Shown here: positions 38,772-48,479 of the stretch, in pieces
Position numbering within the stretch: the first letter of the stretch is position 1
Layout: every line of letters begins with the position of its first letter
Assembly (NCBI GenBank): GCA_039683575.1
Contig: JBDKRC010000243.1
Coordinates: forward strand, 1 to 64,000
Direction: 5' to 3'
Origin: Armatimonadia bacterium
GTDB taxonomy: Bacteria > Armatimonadota > Zipacnadia > Zipacnadales > UBA11051
DNA length: 64,000 nucleotides
Made by a program: the position numbers and the translations under genes
Notes under the pieces: generated by a model
Seen by the model: the letters and a program-made list of their open reading frames with translations, nothing else
Told to the model about the DNA's origin: nothing
Database searches by the model: none

Positions 38772-39656
38772 CTATACGAACATAAATGGTTGCGTCCAAG
38801 CCTTGCGACCTGCCGGATCAACTACCTCCACCCGCACCATCTCCCAGGCCTCCGGAACCGTGAACTGCACCTCAGTGAAGGGACCAACCTGTCCGTTCCG
38901 ATGCGTAGTCATGCCCACTCCGGGCCTCGGGTTAACGAGCCGCACCTCCTGGGCCGGTGAGCACTTGATCCGGAGACTCCGCCCTGCGATCTCTACCGCC
39001 TCTATAGACGGTCCATTGCTCGCATAGAATCGGCCTTTTTTCACAGCCGCCAGAATTGCGTCCTCCGTGCACTGCTCCGCCTTCACCATGACCCACCCGC
39101 CGAGAGCGTCCGGATAGTGCCAGTGCGCGTCATCCACGGCCAGTCCCAACGGCTGCTGCCCGCGCGCCCATAGCTCATCCCATTGCACCGACGATTCCCC
39201 CCGTCCGATCCCCCGGTGACAAGTGGGGTTGTAGACCTCGATGCCAAGGTGTCCCCGCAGCGGCAGCAGGTCCGTATAGGTGAGTGAACTCCAGCTCGGA
39301 TGCGCAACCCAGCACACTTCGCCGACGCTCAAGGCGGCGTCAATGATCTCCTGAACCGGCATATCGGTGGTGCACGGCACCGCCGCTGACAGGCCCAGGG
39401 CCACAACATGGTAATGCTGCCCCAGTTCCGCCCGCCCGCCGTTGATCTCGCTGCCGGGGATCAGCAACATCCCGTGACCATCCAGCCCTGACGGATCGGT
39501 GAGCTTGTTGTGGTCGGTAATAGCCAGGAAGTCATAGCCGTGCTCCGCATAGATGTCCGCAATCTGCTGCGGGCTAGGCTCCCCATCCGATTCATTGCTA
39601 TGGGTGTGCAAATTGCCCTTGAACCACTGACCGGCCGCGGCGAATGCGTTTTCCAT
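38772..39656 (-). CDS. PHP-domain (CehA/McbA-like) metallohydrolase
   Basis: KGNLHTHS..SDG, AITDHN, AHP, IEVYN, DDAH. Confidence 0.9.
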   Translation of the reverse strand: MENAFAAAGQWFKGNLHTHSNESDGEPSPQQIADIYAEHGYDFLAITDHNKLTDPSGLDGHGMLLIPGSEINGGRAELGQHYHVVALGLSAAVPCTTDMPVQEIIDAALSVGEVCWVAHPSWSSLTYTDLLPLRGHLGIEVYNPTCHRGIGRGESSVQWDELWARGQQPLGLAVDDAHWHYPDALGGWVMVKAEQCTEDAILAAVKKGRFYASNGPSIEAVEIAGRSLRIKCSPAQEVRLVNPRPGVGMTTHRNGQVGPFTEVQFTVPEAWEMVRVEVVDPAGRKAWTQPFMFV

Positions 39657-39729
39657 GCTTCATCCCTCTCACGAGAGTAGTCTTCTGTCTCCCTATTCCC
39701 ACCCGATCCTGGAGCACCTCTGCTCCGAT

Positions 39730-40701
39730 TCATATCGCCTCCAGGTCCTTATACTCAAACACCCCCGACATCGCCCGGCTGGTGGTCGAAAACCCCGCCT
39801 CCTCCGCTGCTGCTATGGGGTTCAGCCCCGCGCAGATCACGAACCCCATGCGATCCACGCCCACGTCCATCTCGAGCAGCGGACGGCTCTCCGCTCCAAT
39901 CGCGATCACTCCCTTGAGCCGCCATGCCGCCACAGCGTCTACGAGGCGCATTACGTGGTCCCGCGCGAGCGCCGGGCACACCCGGAAGCCGGCCCCGACC
40001 TTCCCCCGCCCTGTGCTGATCGCCTGCCCGACCGAACTCGCCTTACCCTTGATGAAAACCTCCACCGGGTCAATCGAGGTCCCCCCATACCGGATGATGT
40101 CAGTAAACCGCACGGGCTCGTAGCCAGCGATTTCCAGGAGGCCCCCAAACTCCGACTGCACCGGGATGCCATGGCTGAGCAAGATTCCGTTCAGAGTCAC
40201 TGCTGACACCGTCCCCAGCCCGATCATCCCCCGCGGGATCACCTGATCCATGATCTTCTGCCCCGGGTTGAACACCGCCACGAGATCGCTCGTGGCATAG
40301 CGGGACAGAAAGGCCGGCCGCATCACCTTCATGGCCTGGTCAAACTCCGTCTGGCGAAACAGCGACAGGTTAATGACAATCTTCCCGGCTCCCTGCTCGA
40401 GGCTGAACTGCGTCAAGTAGGCCAGGGTCTCGATGCGCGCGAAAGTCAGGGCCACCTGGTCCGCCACGCGCGCGTTCGCGAGCTCGGCCTTCCCCGCCTC
40501 GGTAAGCTGCCGCCCCGCTCGTCCCAGGTTCTCCGTCATCCCCAGTGCATCGAGCGCCTGAAGATGGTATCTGATCGCCCTTTCGGTCAGTTCAATGCCA
40601 TGCGTTTGCAGCGCTCGGGCGATGGTGCTGCCCCCCAGGGGGCCGCCGTGTTCGCCAAGCACACGAAGTATTGCGAATTCCTTCCGCCCAATTTCCGGCA
40701 A
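39730..40701 (-). CDS. nrpR: NrpR-family (DUF128) nitrogen-responsive transcriptional repressor
   Basis: N-terminal wHTH (TERAIRYHL..LD..G...GRQLTEAG..EL) and NRD domain (TVSAVTLNGILL..GIP...FGGLL, RFTDIIRYGGTSIDP.EVF, GLNPIAA); SD AGGAGG before TTG at 40701. Confidence 0.88.
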   Translation of the reverse strand: MPEIGRKEFAILRVLGEHGGPLGGSTIARALQTHGIELTERAIRYHLQALDALGMTENLGRAGRQLTEAGKAELANARVADQVALTFARIETLAYLTQFSLEQGAGKIVINLSLFRQTEFDQAMKVMRPAFLSRYATSDLVAVFNPGQKIMDQVIPRGMIGLGTVSAVTLNGILLSHGIPVQSEFGGLLEIAGYEPVRFTDIIRYGGTSIDPVEVFIKGKASSVGQAISTGRGKVGAGFRVCPALARDHVMRLVDAVAAWRLKGVIAIGAESRPLLEMDVGVDRMGFVICAGLNPIAAAEEAGFSTTSRAMSGVFEYKDLEAI

Positions 40702-40818
40702 GATAGGCCTCCTAAGTGGCTTTTCCACAACCATTTTTGCCGTATAACCGGAATAAGACCAGGAAGCGGCGGCTACCGCAAGCCCGTAACCACGCCACTA
40801 ATTGCCGCTAAGCTGCTC

Positions 40819-40847
40819 TTGAAACCGATCTGCAACCCGATTATAGT
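40819..40847 (+). promoter_or_regulatory. sigma70 promoter of the glutamate synthase operon
   Basis: TTGAAA-N17-TATAGT. Confidence 0.85.
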
Positions 40848-40848
40848 A

Positions 40849-40877
40849 CGGAACCACGCTTCCGGCAATGAGTTTCC
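40849..40877. promoter_or_regulatory. Tandem NrpR operators
   Basis: CGGAA-CCACGC-TTCCG (perfect GGAA-N6-TTCC, 40850-40863) directly followed by GGCA-ATGAGT-TTCC (40864-40877); they cover the expected transcription start. Confidence 0.85.
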
Positions 40878-40964
40878 TTGCGAGGAAGCAGAAACCAGAT
40901 CCGCATCGCTCGCTACCTGGGCATCGCAACGCGATCGCCCTTCAGCCAAAACAGGATCACGATC

Positions 40965-42044
40965 ATGCACCGACTGCCAGACTTCAAAATCCCCGCCGCC
41001 TGTGGCACTTGCGGGATCCTCGACCGCACCGGCGCCCGCTTTTCCGGCGCGGAAGTAGTACGCGGCATGGCCAACATGCACGAGCGTGGCAACGGCCTTG
41101 GCGCTGGCTACGTCGCCTACGGCATCTACCCGGACCATGCCGAGGACTACTGCCTGCATATGATGCTCTCGGACGAGGCCTCGCTCGGCCGCGCCCGGGA
41201 CTACCTGCAGACGGTCACCACCATCAACCACGATGAGCCCATCCCGACCACGCCGACGCCGACCATCGAGGACGAGCCGGTCCTGTGGCGCTTCTTCGTC
41301 CAGCCCCGTGAAGACAAGATCACGGTGGGGACCGAAGAGGACCACATGGTCGCGGCCATCATGACCATCAATCGCGACGTCGAGGGCGCCTATGTGGCCT
41401 CCAGCGGCAAGAACATGGGCATCTTCAAGGGCGTCGGCTACCCCGAGCCTATCGCCGAGTATTACCGCATCCCCGAGTACCAGGCATATCTCTGGATCTC
41501 CCACACCCGCTTCCCGACCAATACCGGCGGCTGGTGGGGAGGAGCCCATCCCTTCGGTCTGCTGGAGTGGTCAATCGTCCACAACGGCGAGCTCTCCTCC
41601 TATGGCGTCAACAAGCGCTATGTGAAGTCCTTCGGCTACGAGTGCACGCTCTTCACCGACTCCGAAGTCATCAGCTACATGCTGGACCTGCTTTGCCGCA
41701 AGCACGGCCTGAGCATCGAGCAAGCGGCCATGGCCATGGCCCCGCCGGAGTGGGAGCAGATTGACGTCGAGCCCGATCCGAAGCGTCAGGCGATGCTCCG
41801 CGCCATGCGCGAGACCTACACCGGCGCCCTGCTCAACGGGCCGTTCGCCGTCATCGCCGGCCATACCAGCGGCATGGTCGGTCTCAGCGACCGCCTCAAG
41901 CTCCGCCCGCTGGCGGCAGCCACGAAGGGCAAGAAAGCCTACCTGGCCAGCGAAGAAGCCGCCATCTGGGCGGCCATCGGCGGCCAGCCCGAGGAATCCT
42001 GGGCCATAGACGCTGGCAAGCCCGTCCGCTTTGACCTGGACTAA
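40965..42044 (+). CDS. Class II glutamine amidotransferase subunit of split glutamate synthase (GltB domain 1-like)
   Basis: Short propeptide then CG; ERGNGLGAG, HTRFPTNT..WWGGAHPF, VHNGE, TDSE, DRLKLRP, ASEE. Confidence 0.9.
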   Translation: MHRLPDFKIPAACGTCGILDRTGARFSGAEVVRGMANMHERGNGLGAGYVAYGIYPDHAEDYCLHMMLSDEASLGRARDYLQTVTTINHDEPIPTTPTPTIEDEPVLWRFFVQPREDKITVGTEEDHMVAAIMTINRDVEGAYVASSGKNMGIFKGVGYPEPIAEYYRIPEYQAYLWISHTRFPTNTGGWWGGAHPFGLLEWSIVHNGELSSYGVNKRYVKSFGYECTLFTDSEVISYMLDLLCRKHGLSIEQAAMAMAPPEWEQIDVEPDPKRQAMLRAMRETYTGALLNGPFAVIAGHTSGMVGLSDRLKLRPLAAATKGKKAYLASEEAAIWAAIGGQPEESWAIDAGKPVRFDLD

Positions 42045-42120
42045 CTAGCACACCTTCCCATGTACGCCCGACATTCCTGTCGGGGCTCGGGTCCCACCGA
42101 TCACCTTGGAGGCACACACA

Positions 42121-43626
42121 GTGGCCCTCTCTCTCATAGCCGGAGAATTCATCGTAAAACGCGACGCCGACCTCTGCATCGAGTGCGGCGTGTGCACGCG
42201 CCAGTGCTCCTACGACGCGCAGAAGATCGACCCCGACGATGGCCAGATCAGCACCGACTGCAGCAAGTGCGTCGGCTGCCTGCGCTGCGCCACTCTCTGT
42301 CCCACCGGCGCCCTGAGCATCACCCAGCGCGAACTCGTTGGCCGTGCGCATCCCAACTGGACCTTCGAGGCCCAGCGCGCCCTGCGCCGCCAGGCCGAGA
42401 GCGGCGGCATGCTGCTCACAGGCATGGGCTCTGACAAGTCCCATCGCAGCTTCTGGGACAACCTGCTGCTCAACGCCTCCCAGGTCACGAACCCGTCCAT
42501 CGACCCGCTCCGCGAGCCGATGGAGCTTCGGACCCACCTCGGTGCCAAGCCCGACGAGATCGAGTTCGACGCTGACGGCAACCTCGCCACCGAGATGCCG
42601 CCACAGCTCGACCTCGCGCTGCCCATCATGTTTTCGGCCATGTCCTATGGCTCGATCAGCTACAACACCTGCATCTCGTTGGCCCGCGCGGCTAAGGCCT
42701 CCGGCACCTACTTCAACACCGGTGAGGGCGGCTTGCACCGCGACCTCTACCCCTACGCGGACCGTGCCATCGTCCAGGTCGCCTCGGGTCGCTTCGGCGT
42801 CACCCCCGAATACCTCCAGGCCGGGGCTGCTGTTGAGATCAAGATTGGTCAGGGCGCCAAGCCCGGCATCGGCGGCCATCTTCCCGGCGAGAAGGTCACC
42901 GAAGAGATCTCGGCCACCCGCATGATCCCTGTGGGCACCGACGCCATCTCTCCCGCACCGCACCATGACATCTACTCCATTGAGGACCTCAAGCAGTTGA
43001 TCTTTGCCCTCAAGGAAGCCACCAATTACGAAAAGCCCATCTCGGTGAAGATCGCCGCGGTGAACAACGTTGTCCCGATCGCGTCGGGCGCCGTCCGCGC
43101 GGGCGCCGACATCGTCGCCATTGACGGTCTCATGGGCGGCTCCGGCGCCACCCCCACCGTCATCCGCGACAACGTGGGGATTCCCATCGAGTTCGCCATC
43201 GCCGCCGTTGACAGCCGCCTGCGCGCCGAGGGCATCCGCAACCGCGCCTCGCTGGTAGCCGCCGGTGGCTTCCGCAACAGCGCCGACATCATCAAGGCCA
43301 TCGCTCTGGGCGCCGACGCCGTCTACATCGGCACTTCGGCCCTCATCGCCCTCGGCTGCCACATGTGCCAGAAGTGCTACACGGGCAAGTGCACTTGGGG
43401 CATCGCCACCCAGGATCCATACCTGACCAAGCGCCTCAACCCCGAAATCGGCACCCGCCGCCTGAGGAACCTGCTTCGGGCCTGGGAGCTTGAGATGAAG
43501 GAAATGCTGGGCGGCATGGGCATGAACAGCATCGACAGCCTCCGCGGCAATCGCGAGATGCTCCGCGCCGTGGGCCTGGCCAAAGAGGAAATGGACATCC
43601 TGGAAGTAGAACCCGCCGGCCGCTAG
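42121..43626 (+). CDS. Glutamate synthase FMN-binding subunit with N-terminal 2x[4Fe-4S] domain (GltB domain 2-like)
   Basis: Two CxxCxxCxxxC motifs; AMSYGS, NTGEGG, QVASGRFGV, EIKIGQGAKPGIGGHLPGEKV, CHMCQKCYTGKC. Confidence 0.93.
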   Translation: MALSLIAGEFIVKRDADLCIECGVCTRQCSYDAQKIDPDDGQISTDCSKCVGCLRCATLCPTGALSITQRELVGRAHPNWTFEAQRALRRQAESGGMLLTGMGSDKSHRSFWDNLLLNASQVTNPSIDPLREPMELRTHLGAKPDEIEFDADGNLATEMPPQLDLALPIMFSAMSYGSISYNTCISLARAAKASGTYFNTGEGGLHRDLYPYADRAIVQVASGRFGVTPEYLQAGAAVEIKIGQGAKPGIGGHLPGEKVTEEISATRMIPVGTDAISPAPHHDIYSIEDLKQLIFALKEATNYEKPISVKIAAVNNVVPIASGAVRAGADIVAIDGLMGGSGATPTVIRDNVGIPIEFAIAAVDSRLRAEGIRNRASLVAAGGFRNSADIIKAIALGADAVYIGTSALIALGCHMCQKCYTGKCTWGIATQDPYLTKRLNPEIGTRRLRNLLRAWELEMKEMLGGMGMNSIDSLRGNREMLRAVGLAKEEMDILEVEPAGR

Positions 43627-43797
43627 CCGCGCCCTCATTGCCTTTGCCGTAGGTGCGCGGGCGTCCCGCCCGCAGCCGTTATCACCGACCGACCGTCGCC
43701 ATCGCGACAAACAACAAGACTATCCTGTCTCATCCGCCGCTAATCCTGTCCATCCTGTATGCCTTGTCTCTCTCTCGCCGTCTCCACGAGGACTAAA

Positions 43798-44232
43798 ATG
43801 AAACGCATCTACGCCAAAGAAGAAGTCTGCATCGGCTGCCGCCTCTGCGAAATCCACTGTATCTTCGAGCACAGCGGCCACCAGACCCTCGTCAAGGCCT
43901 TCTCCAACCGTGAGAACCTCCCCGAGGCCGCTGTCCGCGTCGAGGAAGATGGGGCGATCTCCTTCGCCCTGCAGTGTCGTCACTGTGAGGACGCCCCCTG
44001 CCTCGCGGCCTGCATCGGCGGCGCCATGACCCGCGACCCGCAAACGGGCGCGGTCAAGCATGACGAGGAGAAGTGCGTCGGCTGCTGGAGCTGCATTATG
44101 GTCTGCCCCTTCGGCGCCATCCGCACCAACAGCGAGACAGGCAAGGTAGGCAGCAAGTGCGACCTCTGCGCAGGCAAGGACACGCCCGCCTGCGTAGCCC
44201 ACTGCCCCAACGAGGCTCTGGTCTACGAATAG
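43798..44232 (+). CDS. 4Fe-4S dicluster (CooF/HydN-like) electron-transfer protein
   Basis: CIGCRLCEIHC, CRHCEDAPCLAAC, CVGCWSCIMVCP, KCDLC..PACVAHCP. Confidence 0.92.
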   Translation: MKRIYAKEEVCIGCRLCEIHCIFEHSGHQTLVKAFSNRENLPEAAVRVEEDGAISFALQCRHCEDAPCLAACIGGAMTRDPQTGAVKHDEEKCVGCWSCIMVCPFGAIRTNSETGKVGSKCDLCAGKDTPACVAHCPNEALVYE

Positions 44233-44248
44233 CCGCCGTTTCTGAAGA

Positions 44249-44269
44249 CCCGATTCCCAATTCCCGATT
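44249..44269. repeat. Heptamer tandem repeat (CCC(G/A)ATT)x3
   Basis: Direct reading of the sequence. Confidence 0.6.
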
Positions 44270-44288
44270 TCCGCCTTTGAGGCCCAAA

Positions 44289-45578
44289 ATGCCCGAAAAA
44301 CGCTACGATTACCTAATCCTCGGCAACTCCACCGCCGCTATCGCCGCCGTCGAGGCCATCCGCTCGGTTGACCCCACGGGCAGCCTCGCCCTCGTCTCAG
44401 ACCAGCCCAACCACGTCTACAGCGCCCCGCTGATCACGTACGTGTTGGCCGGTAAGATCCCCGAGGAGAAGCTCTACCTGCGCCCGCGTGACTTCTACCA
44501 GGGGCTCAACGTCGACACGTACTTCGGCGTCGCGGCCACGCAGGTCAAGCGCGAGGCGCATGAGGTAGTCCTTCAGAGCGGCGCCACGCTCGGCTACGGG
44601 AAGCTCCTGCTCGCCACCGGCGGCACCCCCATCGCCCCGCCGCTGCCCGGCGCAGACCTGCAGGGCGTGTTCACCTTCACCCGCCACGACGACATGTGCC
44701 GGGTGCGGGAGTTCATTCAGCAGAAGAAGGTCACTCAGGCCGTCATCATCGGCGGTGGCATGATCGGCATCAAGGTAGCCGAAGCCTTCGCCGCCCTGAA
44801 GCTTGAAACTACCATCGTGGAGCTAATGGACCGCGTGCTGGCCCAGGCGCTGGACGAAACCGGCAGCGCCATGGCGAAGCGCGCGCTCGAACAGCACGGC
44901 GTCCGCGTCATCACCGGCTCCGGCGTCACCGCCATCGGGGGCACAGACGGCGTCGTCCAGAGCGTCACGCTCGACAGCGGCTCCCGCCTGCCGGCCCAGC
45001 TTGTCATCATGGCTGTCGGCGTCCGCCCCAACGTCGCCCTGGCTCACGAAGCCGGCCTCACGGTCAACCGCGGCGTGGTGGTCAACGACAACATGCAGAC
45101 CAATGATCCCGATATCTTCGCCGCCGGCGACGTCGCGGAAGCTTTCGATCCCCTCCTCGGCGAGTGCCGCCCGATAGCCATCTGGCCCGGCGCCCACATG
45201 CAGGGCGAGACGGCGGGCCTGAACATGGCTGGCCAACCAGAAGAGTATGGCGGCAACATCCCGATGAACTCCATCCAGGTGTGCGGCCTGCCGACGATCT
45301 CAGTCGGCCTGATCTCCCCGCCCGAGGGTGCCGAGACGCTCGAATACCGCTCCCCCGACGGCAAAAGCTACCGCCGCATGTTCATCGTGGATAACCGCAT
45401 AGTCGGCGCCGTGTTCGTAGGCGACATAGACCGCGCGGGAATCATCACCGGCCTCATCCGCCAGGCCATAGACGTCAGCAGCTTCAAAGCCAAGCTAATG
45501 CAGCGCGACCTCGGCCTCCTGTCACTGCCGAAACACTACCGCAAGCACATAGTAAGCGGCCCCGGCATCGAGGTCTAG
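44289..45578 (+). CDS. FAD-dependent NAD(P)H oxidoreductase (NirB/Nox-like), probable electron donor subunit
   Basis: LLLATGG, IIGGGMIG, GVRPN, DIFAAGDVAE; lies inside the glutamate synthase operon. Confidence 0.9.
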   Translation: MPEKRYDYLILGNSTAAIAAVEAIRSVDPTGSLALVSDQPNHVYSAPLITYVLAGKIPEEKLYLRPRDFYQGLNVDTYFGVAATQVKREAHEVVLQSGATLGYGKLLLATGGTPIAPPLPGADLQGVFTFTRHDDMCRVREFIQQKKVTQAVIIGGGMIGIKVAEAFAALKLETTIVELMDRVLAQALDETGSAMAKRALEQHGVRVITGSGVTAIGGTDGVVQSVTLDSGSRLPAQLVIMAVGVRPNVALAHEAGLTVNRGVVVNDNMQTNDPDIFAAGDVAEAFDPLLGECRPIAIWPGAHMQGETAGLNMAGQPEEYGGNIPMNSIQVCGLPTISVGLISPPEGAETLEYRSPDGKSYRRMFIVDNRIVGAVFVGDIDRAGIITGLIRQAIDVSSFKAKLMQRDLGLLSLPKHYRKHIVSGPGIEV

Positions 45579-45687
45579 GGCCCGCGACCCGGCCGCCGGT
45601 AGGAGCGCTCCCCCGAGCGCGACCATCACCGACCAACGTTTCGTCGCCGCCGCTTCCTTGCGAATGCCATCTCTCGCCTTTATCCGA

Positions 45688-45715
45688 CTGTTTTCCGTTT
45701 TCTGTTTTCTGTTTT
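45688..45715. repeat. Heptamer tandem repeat (C(T/C)GTTTT)x4
   Basis: Direct reading of the sequence. Confidence 0.7.
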
Positions 45716-45749
45716 CGCCTTTCCCCACTCCCTTACCAGGTCCACAACC

Positions 45750-46484
45750 ATGAAAATCGATGCCCAGAACCTCCACTACCGCCAACTCAACGAGCAGATC
45801 AAGGCCGCCGTCGCCGCTGGCGAGACCGAATTCGACCTCATCAATGTCTGCGGGCACCGCTACCTCGGCTCGGGCATCCACACCGAGATCAACGTCCGCA
45901 TCGACGGCATCCCGGGTAACGATCTCGGTTCCTTCATGAGCGGCCCCCGCCTCTACTGCTCCGGCAATGCCCAGGACGGCATCGCCAACACCATGGACGA
46001 CGGTCTCGTGGTGGTTCCCGGTCATGCAGGCGACGTCATGGGCTATTCCATGCGCGGCGGGCATGTCTACGTCCGTGGCAACGCCGGCTATCGCATTGGT
46101 ATCCACATGAAGTCCTATGAGGGCAAAGAGCCGACGGTGATCATCGGTGGCCGCGTGCGCGACTACTGCGGCGAGTATCTGGCTGGCGGCAAGCTCGTGG
46201 TACTGGGCCTCGACCTCCCCGCCGGAGAGCCCATTGTAGGCCGCTACTGCGCCACAGGCATGCACGGCGGCACCCTCTACGTGCGCGGCGAAGTCCCCGA
46301 GGCTAACGTCCGCCCTGGCATCGCGGTGCAGGAAGTGGGCGAGGAGGACAAGGCGCTGCTCAAAGACGCGCTGACGCCGTACTGCGCGCAGTTCAAGCTG
46401 TCGGTGGATGAGTTGCTGTCGGCGCCGTTCCAGAAGCTGACGGCCACGACGAGCAGGCCCTTCGGCCAACTCTACGCCTACTAA
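45750..46484 (+). CDS. Glutamate synthase GXGXG beta-helix subunit (GltB domain 3-like)
   Basis: [36 protein letters not shown]. Confidence 0.92.
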   Translation: MKIDAQNLHYRQLNEQIKAAVAAGETEFDLINVCGHRYLGSGIHTEINVRIDGIPGNDLGSFMSGPRLYCSGNAQDGIANTMDDGLVVVPGHAGDVMGYSMRGGHVYVRGNAGYRIGIHMKSYEGKEPTVIIGGRVRDYCGEYLAGGKLVVLGLDLPAGEPIVGRYCATGMHGGTLYVRGEVPEANVRPGIAVQEVGEEDKALLKDALTPYCAQFKLSVDELLSAPFQKLTATTSRPFGQLYAY

Positions 46485-46620
46485 GCTAATGATTTGCCAA
46501 AGGGAGCCCTCCACGCCGGAGGGCTCTCTTCGTTTCCGCCCCTCACCCCCCCGGAAAGGTCCCGTCCCCGCTCTCGACGAACCAACCCCCTCGCGAACGT
46601 CGTCCATACAGGAGAGCCTT

Positions 46621-47904
46621 ATGACCCCTCGCGAACGCTTCCTCGCCATCGCCCGGCGTCAGCCCGTGGACCGCATGCCCTATCACTTTGGTGGGCCTCG
46701 GGCCTCAACGTTTGCCGCCTGGCGCAAGCAGGGCCTGTCTGAGGAGCAGCAGCGCAACTGGCATGTCTTCACCGGCGCGGAGGGCGGGATGGGCATTGGC
46801 AAGCTGTACTGCGGGCCCGTGCCACCGTTTGAGGAGATAGTCTACAAGGAAGAGGGAAACTACCGCTGGTGGCGCGACCACTGGGGCGTGTACCGCAAGG
46901 ACGCCATTAACCAGCCCACCGACGGCTTTGTGACGCGTAGCTACCTTGAGCACTTTGTGAAGGACTGGGAGACCTGGGAGGAGATGCGGTCGCATTTTGA
47001 CCCGCACTCCCCCGAGCGCACCGGCCCCGGTGGCGATGGCGCGCCCCTGACCGACCTCAACCCCAACAAGTACCGCCACGTCGGCGACGGGCCGGGTTGG
47101 GAGGCGTACGTCGAGCAGGCGAACTCGAGCGAATATCCGGTGGGCGTGACTGTGCCCTGCTTGTACTGGACCCTCCGCGACATGTGCGGCTTTGAGGGGC
47201 TGTCCATGCTCTTCTACGATCAGCCCAAACTCGTCCATGAGATGATGGAGTTCTGGACCTGGTTCTTGATCGAGCTACTCGACAAGCCGCTGTCGGCGAT
47301 CACGGTCGATCATATCATCCTGAACGAGGACATGGCCTACAAGGGCCAGTCCATGATCTCTCCAGCGCACATGCGGGAGTTCATGCTGCCGCGCTACAAG
47401 CGGCTGTATAGCTTCCTGAAGGACAAGGGCGTCGCGGTGGTGGATATGGACTCTGACGGGTACAACGGGCAGATTCTGCCGGTAATGTACCCCGAAGCCA
47501 TCGATGGTATCCAGCCGATTGAGATCGCGGCGGGCAATGACCCTGAGGTCATCCTGCGCGAGAACCCCGGCATCTACATCCAGGGCGGAATCGACAAGCG
47601 CGAACTGCGGTTCGGTAAGGAGCAGGCGCGCGTCGAGATCGCGAAGCGCTACAAAGTGGCGCGGCAGTATGGCGGGTACATCCCGACCGTAGACCACGGC
47701 GTGCCGCCGGACGTGCCGCTGCGGACATTCCTGTACATGGTCGAGCTCATCAAGGGGTTTGCCAACGGGGAGGATATCGACACGTACGAGCCGCCGTGCG
47801 AGCTTGAGCAGCAACTCGGCCCAATCGAGGAGATGTTTGACCCGCACAAGGCCATTGCGGCGGCCTATGGACTGGACGACGGACCGGAATCAGAGGTCAG
47901 TTAG
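46621..47904 (+). CDS. Uroporphyrinogen decarboxylase (UroD/MetE-like) family protein
   Basis: [50 protein letters not shown]. Confidence 0.85.
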   Translation: MTPRERFLAIARRQPVDRMPYHFGGPRASTFAAWRKQGLSEEQQRNWHVFTGAEGGMGIGKLYCGPVPPFEEIVYKEEGNYRWWRDHWGVYRKDAINQPTDGFVTRSYLEHFVKDWETWEEMRSHFDPHSPERTGPGGDGAPLTDLNPNKYRHVGDGPGWEAYVEQANSSEYPVGVTVPCLYWTLRDMCGFEGLSMLFYDQPKLVHEMMEFWTWFLIELLDKPLSAITVDHIILNEDMAYKGQSMISPAHMREFMLPRYKRLYSFLKDKGVAVVDMDSDGYNGQILPVMYPEAIDGIQPIEIAAGNDPEVILRENPGIYIQGGIDKRELRFGKEQARVEIAKRYKVARQYGGYIPTVDHGVPPDVPLRTFLYMVELIKGFANGEDIDTYEPPCELEQQLGPIEEMFDPHKAIAAAYGLDDGPESEVS

Positions 47905-47924
47905 CAGTTGTCAGTAGTCAGCCA
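47890..47924. repeat. Degenerate heptamer tandem repeat ((T/G)CAGNNN)x5 overlapping a stop codon
   Basis: TCAGAGG TCAGTTA GCAGTTG TCAGTAG TCAGCCA. Confidence 0.55.
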
Positions 47925-47940
47925 GAGGCAGCGAGGAGTG

Positions 47941-48459
47941 ATGGTGATGAAGGTACGACTGATCGTCTTGCTGGCAGCGGTGACCTGTGGCGCGATGGCT
48001 CTCGCCGGGCCGATCAAGGTGCCACAGAAGGGGTTCACGACCTACAAGGGTGCCTGGTTTGACATCAAGTACCCGATTGGCTTCAAGGTTGTGCCCCGCG
48101 AGACCTCCCAGGACGATGCCGAGGGGCGCAGCAACTGCCTCGGCGTCAGCTTCGTCTCTCCGGACGGCCTGGTGGAGTTCTATGTCTATTCGCCACTATG
48201 GAATGGCACCTCCCAGTGGATTCAGCGCCGCGAGGGCGAGAAGCAGACGGGCTACAGCCGGCAGCGCTCTGGGCAGACCGCGATTACCTATGTGACCAGG
48301 AAGGGTTCGGGCTACTCACGGTCCTACGCGGACTACGAGAACTCCACCCTGAACACGCGCAAGATATTCGGCTACAAGTACGCCTCAGATGCCGCCTATA
48401 GGGCCTACAAGCCGCTGTACCTGAAGTTCAAGGGCTCGCTGATACAGTACGCGGACTAG
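47941..48459 (+). CDS. Secreted hypothetical protein
   Basis: SD GAGGAG; signal peptide ending ALA; alternative ATG at 47947. Confidence 0.75.
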   Translation: MVMKVRLIVLLAAVTCGAMALAGPIKVPQKGFTTYKGAWFDIKYPIGFKVVPRETSQDDAEGRSNCLGVSFVSPDGLVEFYVYSPLWNGTSQWIQRREGEKQTGYSRQRSGQTAITYVTRKGSGYSRSYADYENSTLNTRKIFGYKYASDAAYRAYKPLYLKFKGSLIQYAD

Positions 48460-48479
48460 ATCGCGACGAGGGAGTATCT

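Noticed and set aside
41896-43710. 604-aa minus-strand ORF, and similar long antisense ORFs such as 2554-3705, 45522-46649 and 56395-57465
   Set aside because: High-GC shadow frames opposite well-supported genes, with no recognisable motifs.
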